Shown here piece after piece: positions 26,427 to 34,839 of a stretch of 64,000 nucleotides of DNA (position 1 is the stretch's first letter; each line of letters starts with the position of its first letter). The notes under the pieces are model-generated. The model did not search any database, was not told where the DNA came from, and saw nothing but the letters and a program-made list of their open reading frames with translations. A program made the position numbers and the translations under genes. Source of the stretch: Candidatus Sulfotelmatobacter sp. (GTDB taxonomy: Bacteria; Acidobacteriota; Terriglobia; Terriglobales; Acidobacteriaceae); the NCBI GenBank assembly GCA_030039165.1, contig JASHQM010000040.1:24522-88521 (forward strand), in the 5' to 3' direction.

Positions 26427-28001
26427 CTACCGCACCGCCATGGTTTCTTCTTTCAATTTGACCCGATCGATTTTGCCGGTTGAGGTCTTGGGCAGCTCCC
26501 CATGAAAATCGATGAACTCCGGAATCATGTATTTCGGGACCTTGGTTGAGCAGTGCTGCTGCAGGTCCAGCGGTTTCAGTGAATCGGCGACATTCAGCGA
26601 TATAACAGCACGGATGCGGTTTCCCACGACCTCGTCAGGAATCGCCAGCACGGCCGCCTCTTTGACTCCCGGATGGCTCAACAACGCGCTTTCAATCTCA
26701 CCCAGCTCGATGCGGTAGCCGCGGCTTTTGATCATGCTGTCGCGGCGGCCCTGGAAATAAAAATTGCCGTCTTCGTTGACCGTAACCAGGTCGCCGGTAC
26801 GGTACATCTTTTCCTCGAAATTCTCCTGAAAGTGGTTTGGCACGACCATTTTTCGGGTCTTTTCGACGTCGGCCCAATATCCATAAGTGACGGCCGGGCC
26901 GCGAACGCAGAGTTCGCCGCTTTCACCCACGCGGGCGATGCGGCCATCATCAGTAACAGCGAATGCGTCGGTGTTGGCACAGGCAATGCCGATGGGCAGT
27001 TTGTCCATACTGGCGAGACGCTCGCGCTCGACTTTGTAATAGGTGCAGACGTTGGTTTCCGTCGGACCGTAAAGATTGTAGAGATCGGCTTGCGGCGCCA
27101 TTTCCGCCAGTTGGCGCAGATACTTCATGGGGAAGACTTCGCCGGCAAATAGGATCGTTCGCAGGCTCGCCAGCTTCTCCGGCGTCAGCCGTGCGTGCAG
27201 CAGCAGAAGCATCAGCGCAGAGGGCACCGAGTACCAGATCGTGATCTGTTTTTCCTGAATGAACGCGGCGAGGCTGGTAGGAAAGAGCGCCAGCTCCTCG
27301 GTGATCAGGTAAACTGTCGCACCCGCCTCCAGAGCGTTGTACACATCAAAAACTGAGAGATCGAAGTGCAACGGCGCGTGATTGGAAAGCTTGTCTCCGC
27401 TGCGCACCTGAAATTCCTCCGCGCACCATTCGACAAAGGTGAGCGCATTCTGGTGGCTCAGCATCACGCCCTTCGGGCGGCCGGTCGAACCCGAAGTATA
27501 AAGAATGTAAGCGATATCAGTTTCGATGGACGTTCCGTTCGGCGCCCGATCGGCAGGAAACTCCGCCAGATCAGACCACGGGATCATCCTGCCGCTATTG
27601 CCGTTCTCAGGCTGATCGGTCGAGATGCAGCAGTCGAGCAATTCGAGCGTTTCCGGCGAAAGCGCCTGCCGCTTTTCCTGGTTCGTAATCAACACGCGAA
27701 TACCGCAGTTGCCGATGATGTAGCACACGCGATCGGCCGGGGCCTGGGGATCGAGCGGAACGTACACTCCCCCGGCCTTTAATACGCCCAACATGCTGAC
27801 GATGGACTCGACGCACTTGGGGAAAAACAATCCCACGCGATCGCCTTTGCCGACCCCCTGTTCGCGCAACAGGTGAGCGAGTTGATTCGAGCGTTGCTCC
27901 AGCTCGCGATACGTAAGACTGCGGCCGCGCGCCCAGACGGCTTCCTTCCCCGGATATTTCTTTGCGCTCCTGCTCAGTAGTTGCTGTAAGACGTATGCCA
28001 T
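26427..28001 (-). CDS. stand-alone adenylation enzyme (DltA-like / amino-acid or acyl-AMP ligase)
   Basis: 524 aa. IAYILYTSGSTGRPKGV, NLYGPTE, YRTGDLV, GRRDSMIKSRGYRIELGEIE, STGKIDR. The FDLSV...W.S.PS...LF.GE architecture resembles DltA-type free-standing A domains. Confidence 0.9.
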   Translation of the reverse strand: MAYVLQQLLSRSAKKYPGKEAVWARGRSLTYRELEQRSNQLAHLLREQGVGKGDRVGLFFPKCVESIVSMLGVLKAGGVYVPLDPQAPADRVCYIIGNCGIRVLITNQEKRQALSPETLELLDCCISTDQPENGNSGRMIPWSDLAEFPADRAPNGTSIETDIAYILYTSGSTGRPKGVMLSHQNALTFVEWCAEEFQVRSGDKLSNHAPLHFDLSVFDVYNALEAGATVYLITEELALFPTSLAAFIQEKQITIWYSVPSALMLLLLHARLTPEKLASLRTILFAGEVFPMKYLRQLAEMAPQADLYNLYGPTETNVCTYYKVERERLASMDKLPIGIACANTDAFAVTDDGRIARVGESGELCVRGPAVTYGYWADVEKTRKMVVPNHFQENFEEKMYRTGDLVTVNEDGNFYFQGRRDSMIKSRGYRIELGEIESALLSHPGVKEAAVLAIPDEVVGNRIRAVISLNVADSLKPLDLQQHCSTKVPKYMIPEFIDFHGELPKTSTGKIDRVKLKEETMAVR

Positions 28002-28096
28002 GAATTACCGCGCCCTTTTTGATCTCAGTGGTTGCCGTTGTGAGTTGGGGGGAATAACAAAAATGCGGGATAGCCACCTGCAAAGATTACGCAGCC

Positions 28097-29239
28097 TTAC
28101 AGGCCTTGCATGTTGGCGATGATCACGCGATGAATCTCGGAGGTTCCCGAGTAGATTGTTCCCGCAATCGCGTCGCGCAGTTCACGCTCCAGTTCGTATT
28201 CGGTCGTGTATCCGTAGCCGCCGTGAATCTGAATAGCGTCGAGGCAGCTTTGCACGCAGGCCTCGCTCACGTAGACCTTGGCAATCGACGCTTCGCGCAG
28301 CGGATGCCGTCCCTGGCTCTTCATCCACGCCGCTTTGTAAAGGGCTAAGCGGCCAGTCTCCAGCCGGATATCCATCTCCGCGATCTTGTTGTTGATGGCG
28401 GGAAACTTCCCGATGGGTTCGCCAAACTGCTTGCGCTCCTTGGCGTACTTCGTGCAGGTTTCCATGATGCGCTGCATGGCGCCCAGATGGCTGGCCAGGA
28501 TGCAGATGCGCTCCCATTCCATCGACGAAGTAAAAACCGCCTGGCCGCCAAATTCTTTGCCCAGGAGATGCGACACCGGAATTTCGCAATCCTGCAGATA
28601 GATTTCCGCCATGGGCGAGGTGCGCAGCCCCATCTTGTGCAACTTCTTGCCAACCGTAAAACCCGGGGTGCCTTTATCGACGAGGAATGCTGTCACTCCG
28701 TTCGGCCCGCGCGAGGGATCCAGATTCGCGAAAACGATGGTTACATCCGCGTCAGGAGCATTGCTGCTGAATGTCTTCGAGCCATTGAGCACATAGCAGT
28801 CACCGTGGCGTTCGGCCCGGGTTTTCAGGCTGTAGGCGTCCGAACCGGAGCCCGGCTCGGTCATCGCATGCAAGCCGAGTCCCCCGCTGACCAGTCCCGG
28901 CAGATACTTGCGTTTCTGTTCTTCGGTTCCGAATTGCCAGATGGGAATCTCGGAACTCCACATGTGGGCGTTGATGGAAAAGATCAGGCCATTATCTTTG
29001 CAGCCATAACCCAGCATTTCGAGCGCGCCCACGGTGGTAAGCGTGTCAGCGCCGCCGCCGCCGTATTCCTGAGGAATGGGAAGTCCCTGAATACCGAACT
29101 TCGCGCATTTTACCCACAACTCGCGCGAGAATTCTTCGTTTTTGTCTCGCGTGATAATGTCATCATTCAGCTCTTCTTTGGCAAATCGCAAAACTTCTTT
29201 GCGAAATGCGGCCTGCTCATCATTCCATGCAAAGTCCAA
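28097..29239 (-). CDS. acyl-CoA dehydrogenase-family flavoprotein
   Basis: 380 aa, full ACAD layout. ...GLHAMTEPGSGSDA..., ...IHGGYGYTTEYELERELRDA..IYSGTSEI... (C-terminal catalytic Glu region). Confidence 0.9.
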   Translation of the reverse strand: MDFAWNDEQAAFRKEVLRFAKEELNDDIITRDKNEEFSRELWVKCAKFGIQGLPIPQEYGGGGADTLTTVGALEMLGYGCKDNGLIFSINAHMWSSEIPIWQFGTEEQKRKYLPGLVSGGLGLHAMTEPGSGSDAYSLKTRAERHGDCYVLNGSKTFSSNAPDADVTIVFANLDPSRGPNGVTAFLVDKGTPGFTVGKKLHKMGLRTSPMAEIYLQDCEIPVSHLLGKEFGGQAVFTSSMEWERICILASHLGAMQRIMETCTKYAKERKQFGEPIGKFPAINNKIAEMDIRLETGRLALYKAAWMKSQGRHPLREASIAKVYVSEACVQSCLDAIQIHGGYGYTTEYELERELRDAIAGTIYSGTSEIHRVIIANMQGL

Positions 29240-29305
29240 GGCTGTTCCCTCTCTCCTTGTGTTCCCGGCCCAGATATCCTTGAGCTTTGTAGTTCGAAAA
29301 ATCTC

Positions 29306-29971
29306 TTACGCCGATGCGGAGGTGGATGCCGCCGCATTCGCCGGAATCGCTGCCGGCGCCGCCTTCGCTTCAGCCCCTGGCAACTTCGCTTCAGCCGGGG
29401 CGTTTGCCACTTCCGGCTTCTTCACAAACCGCTGCGGACGCCCGCCCGGCAACTTGATTCGGGCCGGCACGCCCATGACCATCATGTTGTCGCGCACGTC
29501 GGTGAGCACCAGACTGTTGGCGGCGATCACCACGTTGCTGCCGATTTTGGCGTCACCAACGAGTTTCGCTCCCGGCCCGAAGTACACGTTGTCGCCAATG
29601 CCGCGGCAGGCGTGTGAAATCAGACATCCGGTCGCAATGGTGAAATTCTTCCCGATCTTCGTGGCGCCCAGGTTAATGGCGTACACGGAATGGATCACAA
29701 AGCCCGGGCCGATCTCGGCGCGAACGTCAATGTGCACGCTGGTGAAGACTTCCACAAACTTGCGCAAAAACAGCGCGGAAATTCTGAGCAACTGGCCAAC
29801 CAGCGGAATTTGCACGCCGCGCGCCCAACGGGAAAAGCGGTAGGCGACCACCGGCCAGGTCGCGTGCCGGATCATTCCTTCCAGCCGCTTACCCATGCTT
29901 GGTTGCCAGTTGGGATCGTTGCGGGTTTCGCGCAGCGCCCGGTCTATATCTTGACGAAGGTTCTCGAACAT
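29306..29971 (-). CDS. hexapeptide-repeat acyltransferase, serine O-acetyltransferase (CysE/EpsC)-like, with Ala/Pro-rich C-terminal tail
   Basis: IDVRAEIGPGFVIHSVYAINLGATKIGKNFTIATGCLI...GDNVYFGPGAKLVGDAKIGSNVVIAANSLVLTDV is a left-handed beta-helix. The last ~38 aa are low complexity (KKPEVANAPAEAKLPGAEAKAAPAAIPANAAASTSASA). Confidence 0.8.
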   Translation of the reverse strand: MFENLRQDIDRALRETRNDPNWQPSMGKRLEGMIRHATWPVVAYRFSRWARGVQIPLVGQLLRISALFLRKFVEVFTSVHIDVRAEIGPGFVIHSVYAINLGATKIGKNFTIATGCLISHACRGIGDNVYFGPGAKLVGDAKIGSNVVIAANSLVLTDVRDNMMVMGVPARIKLPGGRPQRFVKKPEVANAPAEAKLPGAEAKAAPAAIPANAAASTSASA

Positions 29972-29983
29972 TTCTATTTCCGC

Positions 29984-30775
29984 TTAGAGCTTCTTGTAAA
30001 TCTTTTCGGGCACGGGGAACGTCCGGTGATTGAGCACTGCGCCCAGCAGTCTGACGTTTGCTACGGCAAGATCGTGAACCGCCTGCTTGGCCGTTTCCCG
30101 GCGCGAAGAGTTCGCCCGCAGAACCAGTACGACGCCTTCGGCATAGCGGCTCAGGGCAATCGTATCGTCGCCCGGCCGCATGGGCGGGGCATCGACGAGA
30201 ACGTAGTCGAATTCGCGTTGCAGCTCTGGGAGGAGCGAACGCATGCGCTCGCTGCCCAGCAGGGCGTGCGATTTCTGTGTTTCCGAACCGCAGCTCATCA
30301 GCCAGAGATTCGAACGGGAAAGCTGGGTAACAAAGCCGCGCACTGGCTCATAGGTCTGCAAGCAATCGGAAAGACCATAGTGGTTGGGCACCTCGAACTG
30401 TGCGTGCAAACCCGGGGATCGCAAATTCGCGTCCACCAGGCAAACCGTGCCGGAGGTTTGCGAGGCCAGCACTTCACCCATGCGCGCGCAAATCCAACTG
30501 CCACCGTTGCCCGCTTCCGTCGCGGAAACTACCACCAGCCGCGATCCGTCATGGCCGGGGGCGAAGAATACACGCTGCACCAGTTTGAAGATTTCATCGC
30601 GCTGCCCGTCTTCCATCTTCAAGGCCAGTGGCTTGAGGTCGACCGGCGGCTTAGGCTCGGCCATGCTCGCAGTCACTGCGGCGGGCGCAGCTGCCACGGA
30701 CAGAGACTCGATAGAGGTCTGGAACATGTCGCGTTCCTTACCCAGATTCTGCATCAGTTCGAAATTCTTGCTCAT
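29984..30775 (-). CDS. BY-kinase-like (CpsD/CapB/EpsG-type) P-loop protein with degenerate Walker A
   Basis: Walker A' CLVDANLRSP and Walker B DYVLVDAPP are present. The Walker A position reads SATEAGNGGSW (no Lys, nt ~30497-30511). No C-terminal Tyr cluster (tail ...FPVPEKIYKKL). Confidence 0.75.
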   Translation of the reverse strand: MSKNFELMQNLGKERDMFQTSIESLSVAAAPAAVTASMAEPKPPVDLKPLALKMEDGQRDEIFKLVQRVFFAPGHDGSRLVVVSATEAGNGGSWICARMGEVLASQTSGTVCLVDANLRSPGLHAQFEVPNHYGLSDCLQTYEPVRGFVTQLSRSNLWLMSCGSETQKSHALLGSERMRSLLPELQREFDYVLVDAPPMRPGDDTIALSRYAEGVVLVLRANSSRRETAKQAVHDLAVANVRLLGAVLNHRTFPVPEKIYKKL

Positions 30776-30827
30776 AAACTCCTTGGGTCTAACGCCGGCC
30801 GAAACAAACCTGATCCGTGTACATACC

Positions 30828-31898
30828 TTAGCTTACGGGAGTGTCGGAACGCGTTCCGCTACGCCAGTTGTTCAACAGCCGGGCGACATCGCGCATATGC
30901 TGCATCGCTTCCGCCGGGGTCAACGAGTCCTTCTTCTTTTGCGAAACTTCGGAGTGACTGTTGCCATTGGCCCCACTGCCGTTGTCCCCGTCCCTGCGCG
31001 ACTCATAGGGCTCGGGCATGGGATCGCTGCTCAAAACCCCGGTAGACATCATTCTCGACATGGTCAAGGGCACTTCGACTTCCGACATGAAGCGGTGTAT
31101 ATCCAGATCGTTGGCCACCTCACGCACGATTTGGAGATCCACGACCTTTTTTCGCTCGGCACAAGCCAGCGAAAGGGAATGGAAGCAATAGTTGTTGATT
31201 TGCCGGGGGATACCTTCGCTCGCGTCGGCGAGCAGTGCCAGCGCCTCGGGCGTAAATAAGCTGCGTCCATTGTGTCCGGCGACCTTCAAACGATGATCGA
31301 TGAAGCGCTGAGTTTCAAGCGGCGAAAGCGGAGTCAACCCGCTCAGGGAGGTGATTCTCTGCCGCAACTGCGTCAGGGCCGAACTGGCCAGTTTATCCGC
31401 CAGTGATGGCTGGCCGACCAGAATGATCTGCAGCAGCTTGGCCTGCGGCGTTTCGAAGTCGGAGAGCAGGCGCACGGTTTCGAGAACCGAGGCATCCAGG
31501 TTCTGTGCCTCGTCGATAACTACGATGAAGCGCCGGCCGGCGCGCGCTTCCTGCACCAGACAGCGGTTGAACTGCTCGTGCATGCGCACGAAATCGTTGC
31601 TTTCGTTTTCGATTCCGATTTCCGCCAGCAGAAAGCGCATGAACTCGCGCGAGTTGCACTGCGTCTGAAAAATAAACGCGGTGCGCGCCGTGTGCGAAAA
31701 CTTGGCCAGTAGATGAAACAGCAAAGTGGTTTTTCCCATGCCCGGGCGTGCCACCAGGGACAGGAATCCGCGATCTGCCTCGATGCCGTAATAGAGCGAC
31801 GCCAGCGCTTCCCGGTGCGCCGGGCCGAGATACAGATACCGTGGGTCCGGCGATACGCCGAAAGGTTGCTCTCGCAATCCAAAGAATTCAAGAAACAT
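30828..31898 (-). CDS. ExeA/GspA-like AAA ATPase of the PEP-CTERM-locus type
   Basis: N-terminal FFGLREQPFGVSPDPRYLYLGPAHREAL, P-loop ARPGMGKTTLL, and DEAQ box VVIDEAQNL. These are the features recalled for TIGR03015. Confidence 0.85.
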   Translation of the reverse strand: MFLEFFGLREQPFGVSPDPRYLYLGPAHREALASLYYGIEADRGFLSLVARPGMGKTTLLFHLLAKFSHTARTAFIFQTQCNSREFMRFLLAEIGIENESNDFVRMHEQFNRCLVQEARAGRRFIVVIDEAQNLDASVLETVRLLSDFETPQAKLLQIILVGQPSLADKLASSALTQLRQRITSLSGLTPLSPLETQRFIDHRLKVAGHNGRSLFTPEALALLADASEGIPRQINNYCFHSLSLACAERKKVVDLQIVREVANDLDIHRFMSEVEVPLTMSRMMSTGVLSSDPMPEPYESRRDGDNGSGANGNSHSEVSQKKKDSLTPAEAMQHMRDVARLLNNWRSGTRSDTPVS

Positions 31899-31926
31899 GA
31901 CTTTACCTTCTGCCTTTCCGGGGGAC

Positions 31927-33561
31927 TTAGTTGTCCATATTGCCGCTTACTTCGTGAGTGCTCTCACTGCCATTTCCGTGCACCGTTTCACTGCTGTTGC
32001 CATTGCCGTGGCCGTTTCCGCTCTTGTTAAGCGCACTGCCTTTGCTTTGCTGCGTAGGAACTGCAGCCAGCACCGGAATTCTCAACTCCGCCATGACCTC
32101 CGATGGAGTGCGGAACGACTGGTCGGCGTAATCGAGGGCGAAAACCACTCCCAGGCTGACAGCTGATGCCAACAAGCAAGCCACCAGACCGAAAATCCAG
32201 GGCGAGCGCGTCGGCAAGCTGGGAAGGGACGGGTTTTGCGCGATCGAGACGTTAAGGATGCGCGTCTTATCCATGGCGTCGGAAATCCTCGCCTCCTCGC
32301 GCTTCTTCGTGTAAAGCAGGTAATTGCCTTCGGCTGCAGTCTTGGCGCGTATCAGGTCGCCTTGCCGGATTGATTGCTCATCCAGGTTCTTGGCCTTTTC
32401 CCTGTACCAATTCACGGTGGCCTCAAGGCTTCTCTCCCTGGCCTGGTATCCGCTCAAATCAGCCTTCGCCTTGGCCAACTCGGAAGCGACCCACACGTAA
32501 GTCGAGTTCTGATCTGTAGTTTCCTCAGTGACCGGGGCAGCTTCTTCCTGCGCCAGGGCAGCTTTGGTATCGGCGATCTCTTTATCGACCTCTACCACCA
32601 GTGGATAAGTCGGCTGATACTTCGTGAGCAGTTCGGTGCGCTTGTTTTCGAGCGTGACCAAAGTCGACTTCAGAGTTTCCAGAACCTGTGCATTCTGTCC
32701 TTTTTTCACCTGTGTTGTCAGGCGGGTCGGCGTGGAGTGCGACTGGGCTTCGAGGTCGGCGATCCGCCTTTCACTTTCAGCGATGGAAGCCCTGGTTGTA
32801 TCGAGCGTGCTGCTGAAATCGGCCAGCTTTTGGAGAATCATGTCCCGCTGGGTGGTGGGCGCCACACCATTCTGCTCATCCGAAAATCTTGCCAGCTCGC
32901 CCTCGACTGTCATCATCTCTTTTTTGTACTTGTCCGCTTCCCGCTCGAAAAATTCGGCCTGCCCCGAAGGATGATGCACTTCCAGGTGTTTGTCCAGGTA
33001 TGCTTTATCGAGCGTGGCCAGTACCCGTTGCGCCAACTCGGGCTTATGCGATTCGTAGGCGATACTGATGACGTTGGTCTTCTTGATCACTTCCAGCTGC
33101 AGATCAGAGCGCAGACGAACCACCGCACGGTCAGTGCGATTCTGCAGCGTCTCGCCGGGGTGGAAGACGCTGCCCAGGAAGGTTTTCTGGTCGAGGCCGC
33201 AAGTGGTAACAACTTTTTGGAGCACATCCTGGCTCTGAATCAACTCCACTTCGGAGTTGATCTCTTCTTCGCTCACCGTGTCGTGGAACATCAAGGGAGC
33301 ATTTTGCTCAGGGCTGACGACAGGATCGACTCTTTCGCGGTTCACCAGCAGCTTGGTTTCGGCCCGGTACTTCGCCGGCAAAGCCAGAGCTGAGAGCATC
33401 ACGCCCAGGGCAACACCAACAAAACAGAGCGCCATCACTCGCTGATGGCGGAATCCAATGGCCACCACGTCTCTCGCCGTGAAACTGTAGGGTCTGTGTC
33501 CGGTTTTGAAAATTGAATCGTTCATTGGTTGCAGTCTCCGTACCGCCTTCGCTTCCATCAC
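31927..33561 (-). CDS. polysaccharide chain-length determinant / co-polymerase (Wzz/GumC family)
   Basis: TM helix - long coiled-coil periplasmic region - C-terminal TM helix (WIFGLVACLLASAVSLGVVFAL). Wzz-like N-terminal motif. His/Gly/Asn-rich tail. Confidence 0.85.
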   Translation of the reverse strand: MMEAKAVRRLQPMNDSIFKTGHRPYSFTARDVVAIGFRHQRVMALCFVGVALGVMLSALALPAKYRAETKLLVNRERVDPVVSPEQNAPLMFHDTVSEEEINSEVELIQSQDVLQKVVTTCGLDQKTFLGSVFHPGETLQNRTDRAVVRLRSDLQLEVIKKTNVISIAYESHKPELAQRVLATLDKAYLDKHLEVHHPSGQAEFFEREADKYKKEMMTVEGELARFSDEQNGVAPTTQRDMILQKLADFSSTLDTTRASIAESERRIADLEAQSHSTPTRLTTQVKKGQNAQVLETLKSTLVTLENKRTELLTKYQPTYPLVVEVDKEIADTKAALAQEEAAPVTEETTDQNSTYVWVASELAKAKADLSGYQARERSLEATVNWYREKAKNLDEQSIRQGDLIRAKTAAEGNYLLYTKKREEARISDAMDKTRILNVSIAQNPSLPSLPTRSPWIFGLVACLLASAVSLGVVFALDYADQSFRTPSEVMAELRIPVLAAVPTQQSKGSALNKSGNGHGNGNSSETVHGNGSESTHEVSGNMDN

Positions 33562-33594
33562 CCCGGGGGAAATAGCTCGTCCGAACCCGTCGTA

Positions 33595-34356
33595 TCAGGG
33601 AATCTGCAACGGCAGGTACGTTCCCGCGCTCAGATTGGGCACCACTCGGTCAATTTTGGACAAGGTATTCTTCGGGACGAATAACATGTCGCCCGAGTGC
33701 AGGAATGGGTCTTCGCGCAGGTCGCGGTTCTTTTCCATTTTCTTGACATCGATCAGTTTGGCTTCAGTCCACTGGTCGTCGATGCGGCGGAACAGCACCA
33801 CCTGGGAATGCTTCGCGCTCGATTGAAAGCCTCCCGCAATGGCAATGGCCTGGGTTACGGTTATATTTCCGTGCATGTCATATTTGCCGGGCTTTGCCAC
33901 CTGGCCGTCGGCGACGAAATAAGGCTTCTCGAAATCTTTCAGCACAACCGAGATGGGCGGGTTATTCAGAAACTTTCCATAAGCCGATTTCAGCGTTGCC
34001 GTCAGCTCTGGAACGGTCATTCCGGCGACCTTCAGTTCTGCGATCCCGCGTAGAGTAACGAAACCATCGGGTTGTACCGCGACGGCCGTTTGATTGAACT
34101 CGGGGCTGAGATCGAAGGTGAGATCGAAGGTGTCGCCCGCCTCGATGTGGTAGCGCGGAGTACGCGAGTTGAATTGCGGACCGTTTGCCGCGGGCTTGGA
34201 CGCGTCGCTCTTGCTCGCGTCCGGCGCCCCGCTGGTCGCAGCGGAAGTTGTACTTGAAGCCGTGGTCGTCTGCGCCGAGCAAATCATCGCGCTCAGCAGG
34301 CATGCCGCCAATGCGGTCAGCAACGGCTGCTTAATTGAGTTCGTAATCATTGTCAA
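33595..34356 (-). CDS. polysaccharide export protein (Wza/EpsE-like, Poly_export + SLBB)
   Basis: Signal peptide. YHIEAGDTFDLTF...VQPDGFVTLRGIAELKVAGMTVPEL (Poly_export), followed by YFVADGQVAKPGKYDMHGNITVTQAIAIAGG (SLBB). Confidence 0.85.
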   Translation of the reverse strand: MTMITNSIKQPLLTALAACLLSAMICSAQTTTASSTTSAATSGAPDASKSDASKPAANGPQFNSRTPRYHIEAGDTFDLTFDLSPEFNQTAVAVQPDGFVTLRGIAELKVAGMTVPELTATLKSAYGKFLNNPPISVVLKDFEKPYFVADGQVAKPGKYDMHGNITVTQAIAIAGGFQSSAKHSQVVLFRRIDDQWTEAKLIDVKKMEKNRDLREDPFLHSGDMLFVPKNTLSKIDRVVPNLSAGTYLPLQIP

Positions 34357-34470
34357 ACCTCCGTACTGTTCATCGCTTTAGCTCGCGCAGGTTCCCGGCC
34401 CGTAAAGGCAGACTAAGCGCGGTCGCCGCCGCACAGCTGCAACCCTCGGCCGCTGCCGCCGCTTGGCGGG

Positions 34471-34776
34471 TTATTCCGCCTTCGCCGACTCAGCGACCAG
34501 AGGCTGAACCTGTCGTACGGTGTTCGGGCTCAGATTGTGCTGACGAATCTTGTACAAGATTCCGCGATAACTGATGGACAGCAACTGAGCCGCCCGGCGT
34601 CGATTCCAGCCAGTGTATTCCAGAGTGCGGGTGATGGCGTAAATTTCCGCTTCGGCGCGCAGACTGCGCAGCGAAAAGTGCGGATCGCTCAGCGGCTGCT
34701 CGGGATTCTCGCCGGATTCGGCTTTGGGCACGGGATTGCCAGTTTTATTGGCTTTCACCTTGTTTTCTAATTCCAT
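34471..34776 (-). CDS. stand-alone Fis-type (HTH_8) DNA-binding protein
   Basis: C-terminal AEAEIYAITRTLEYTGWNRRRAAQLLSISYRGILYKIRQHNL. No receiver or AAA+ domain. ATG 34776 preferred; the ORF extends to 34818. Confidence 0.65.
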   Translation of the reverse strand: MELENKVKANKTGNPVPKAESGENPEQPLSDPHFSLRSLRAEAEIYAITRTLEYTGWNRRRAAQLLSISYRGILYKIRQHNLSPNTVRQVQPLVAESAKAE

Positions 34777-34839
34777 ATGACTAGCCTCGCAACAGAAGTG
34801 AACGTGACTTATTTTCAAACCGGGGGAAAGGAGGGAACT

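Noticed and set aside
28487-31045. 376-aa, 233-aa and 451-aa plus-strand ORFs
   Set aside because: They are antisense to the ACAD, acyltransferase and kinase-like genes, all of which carry strong family motifs on the minus strand.
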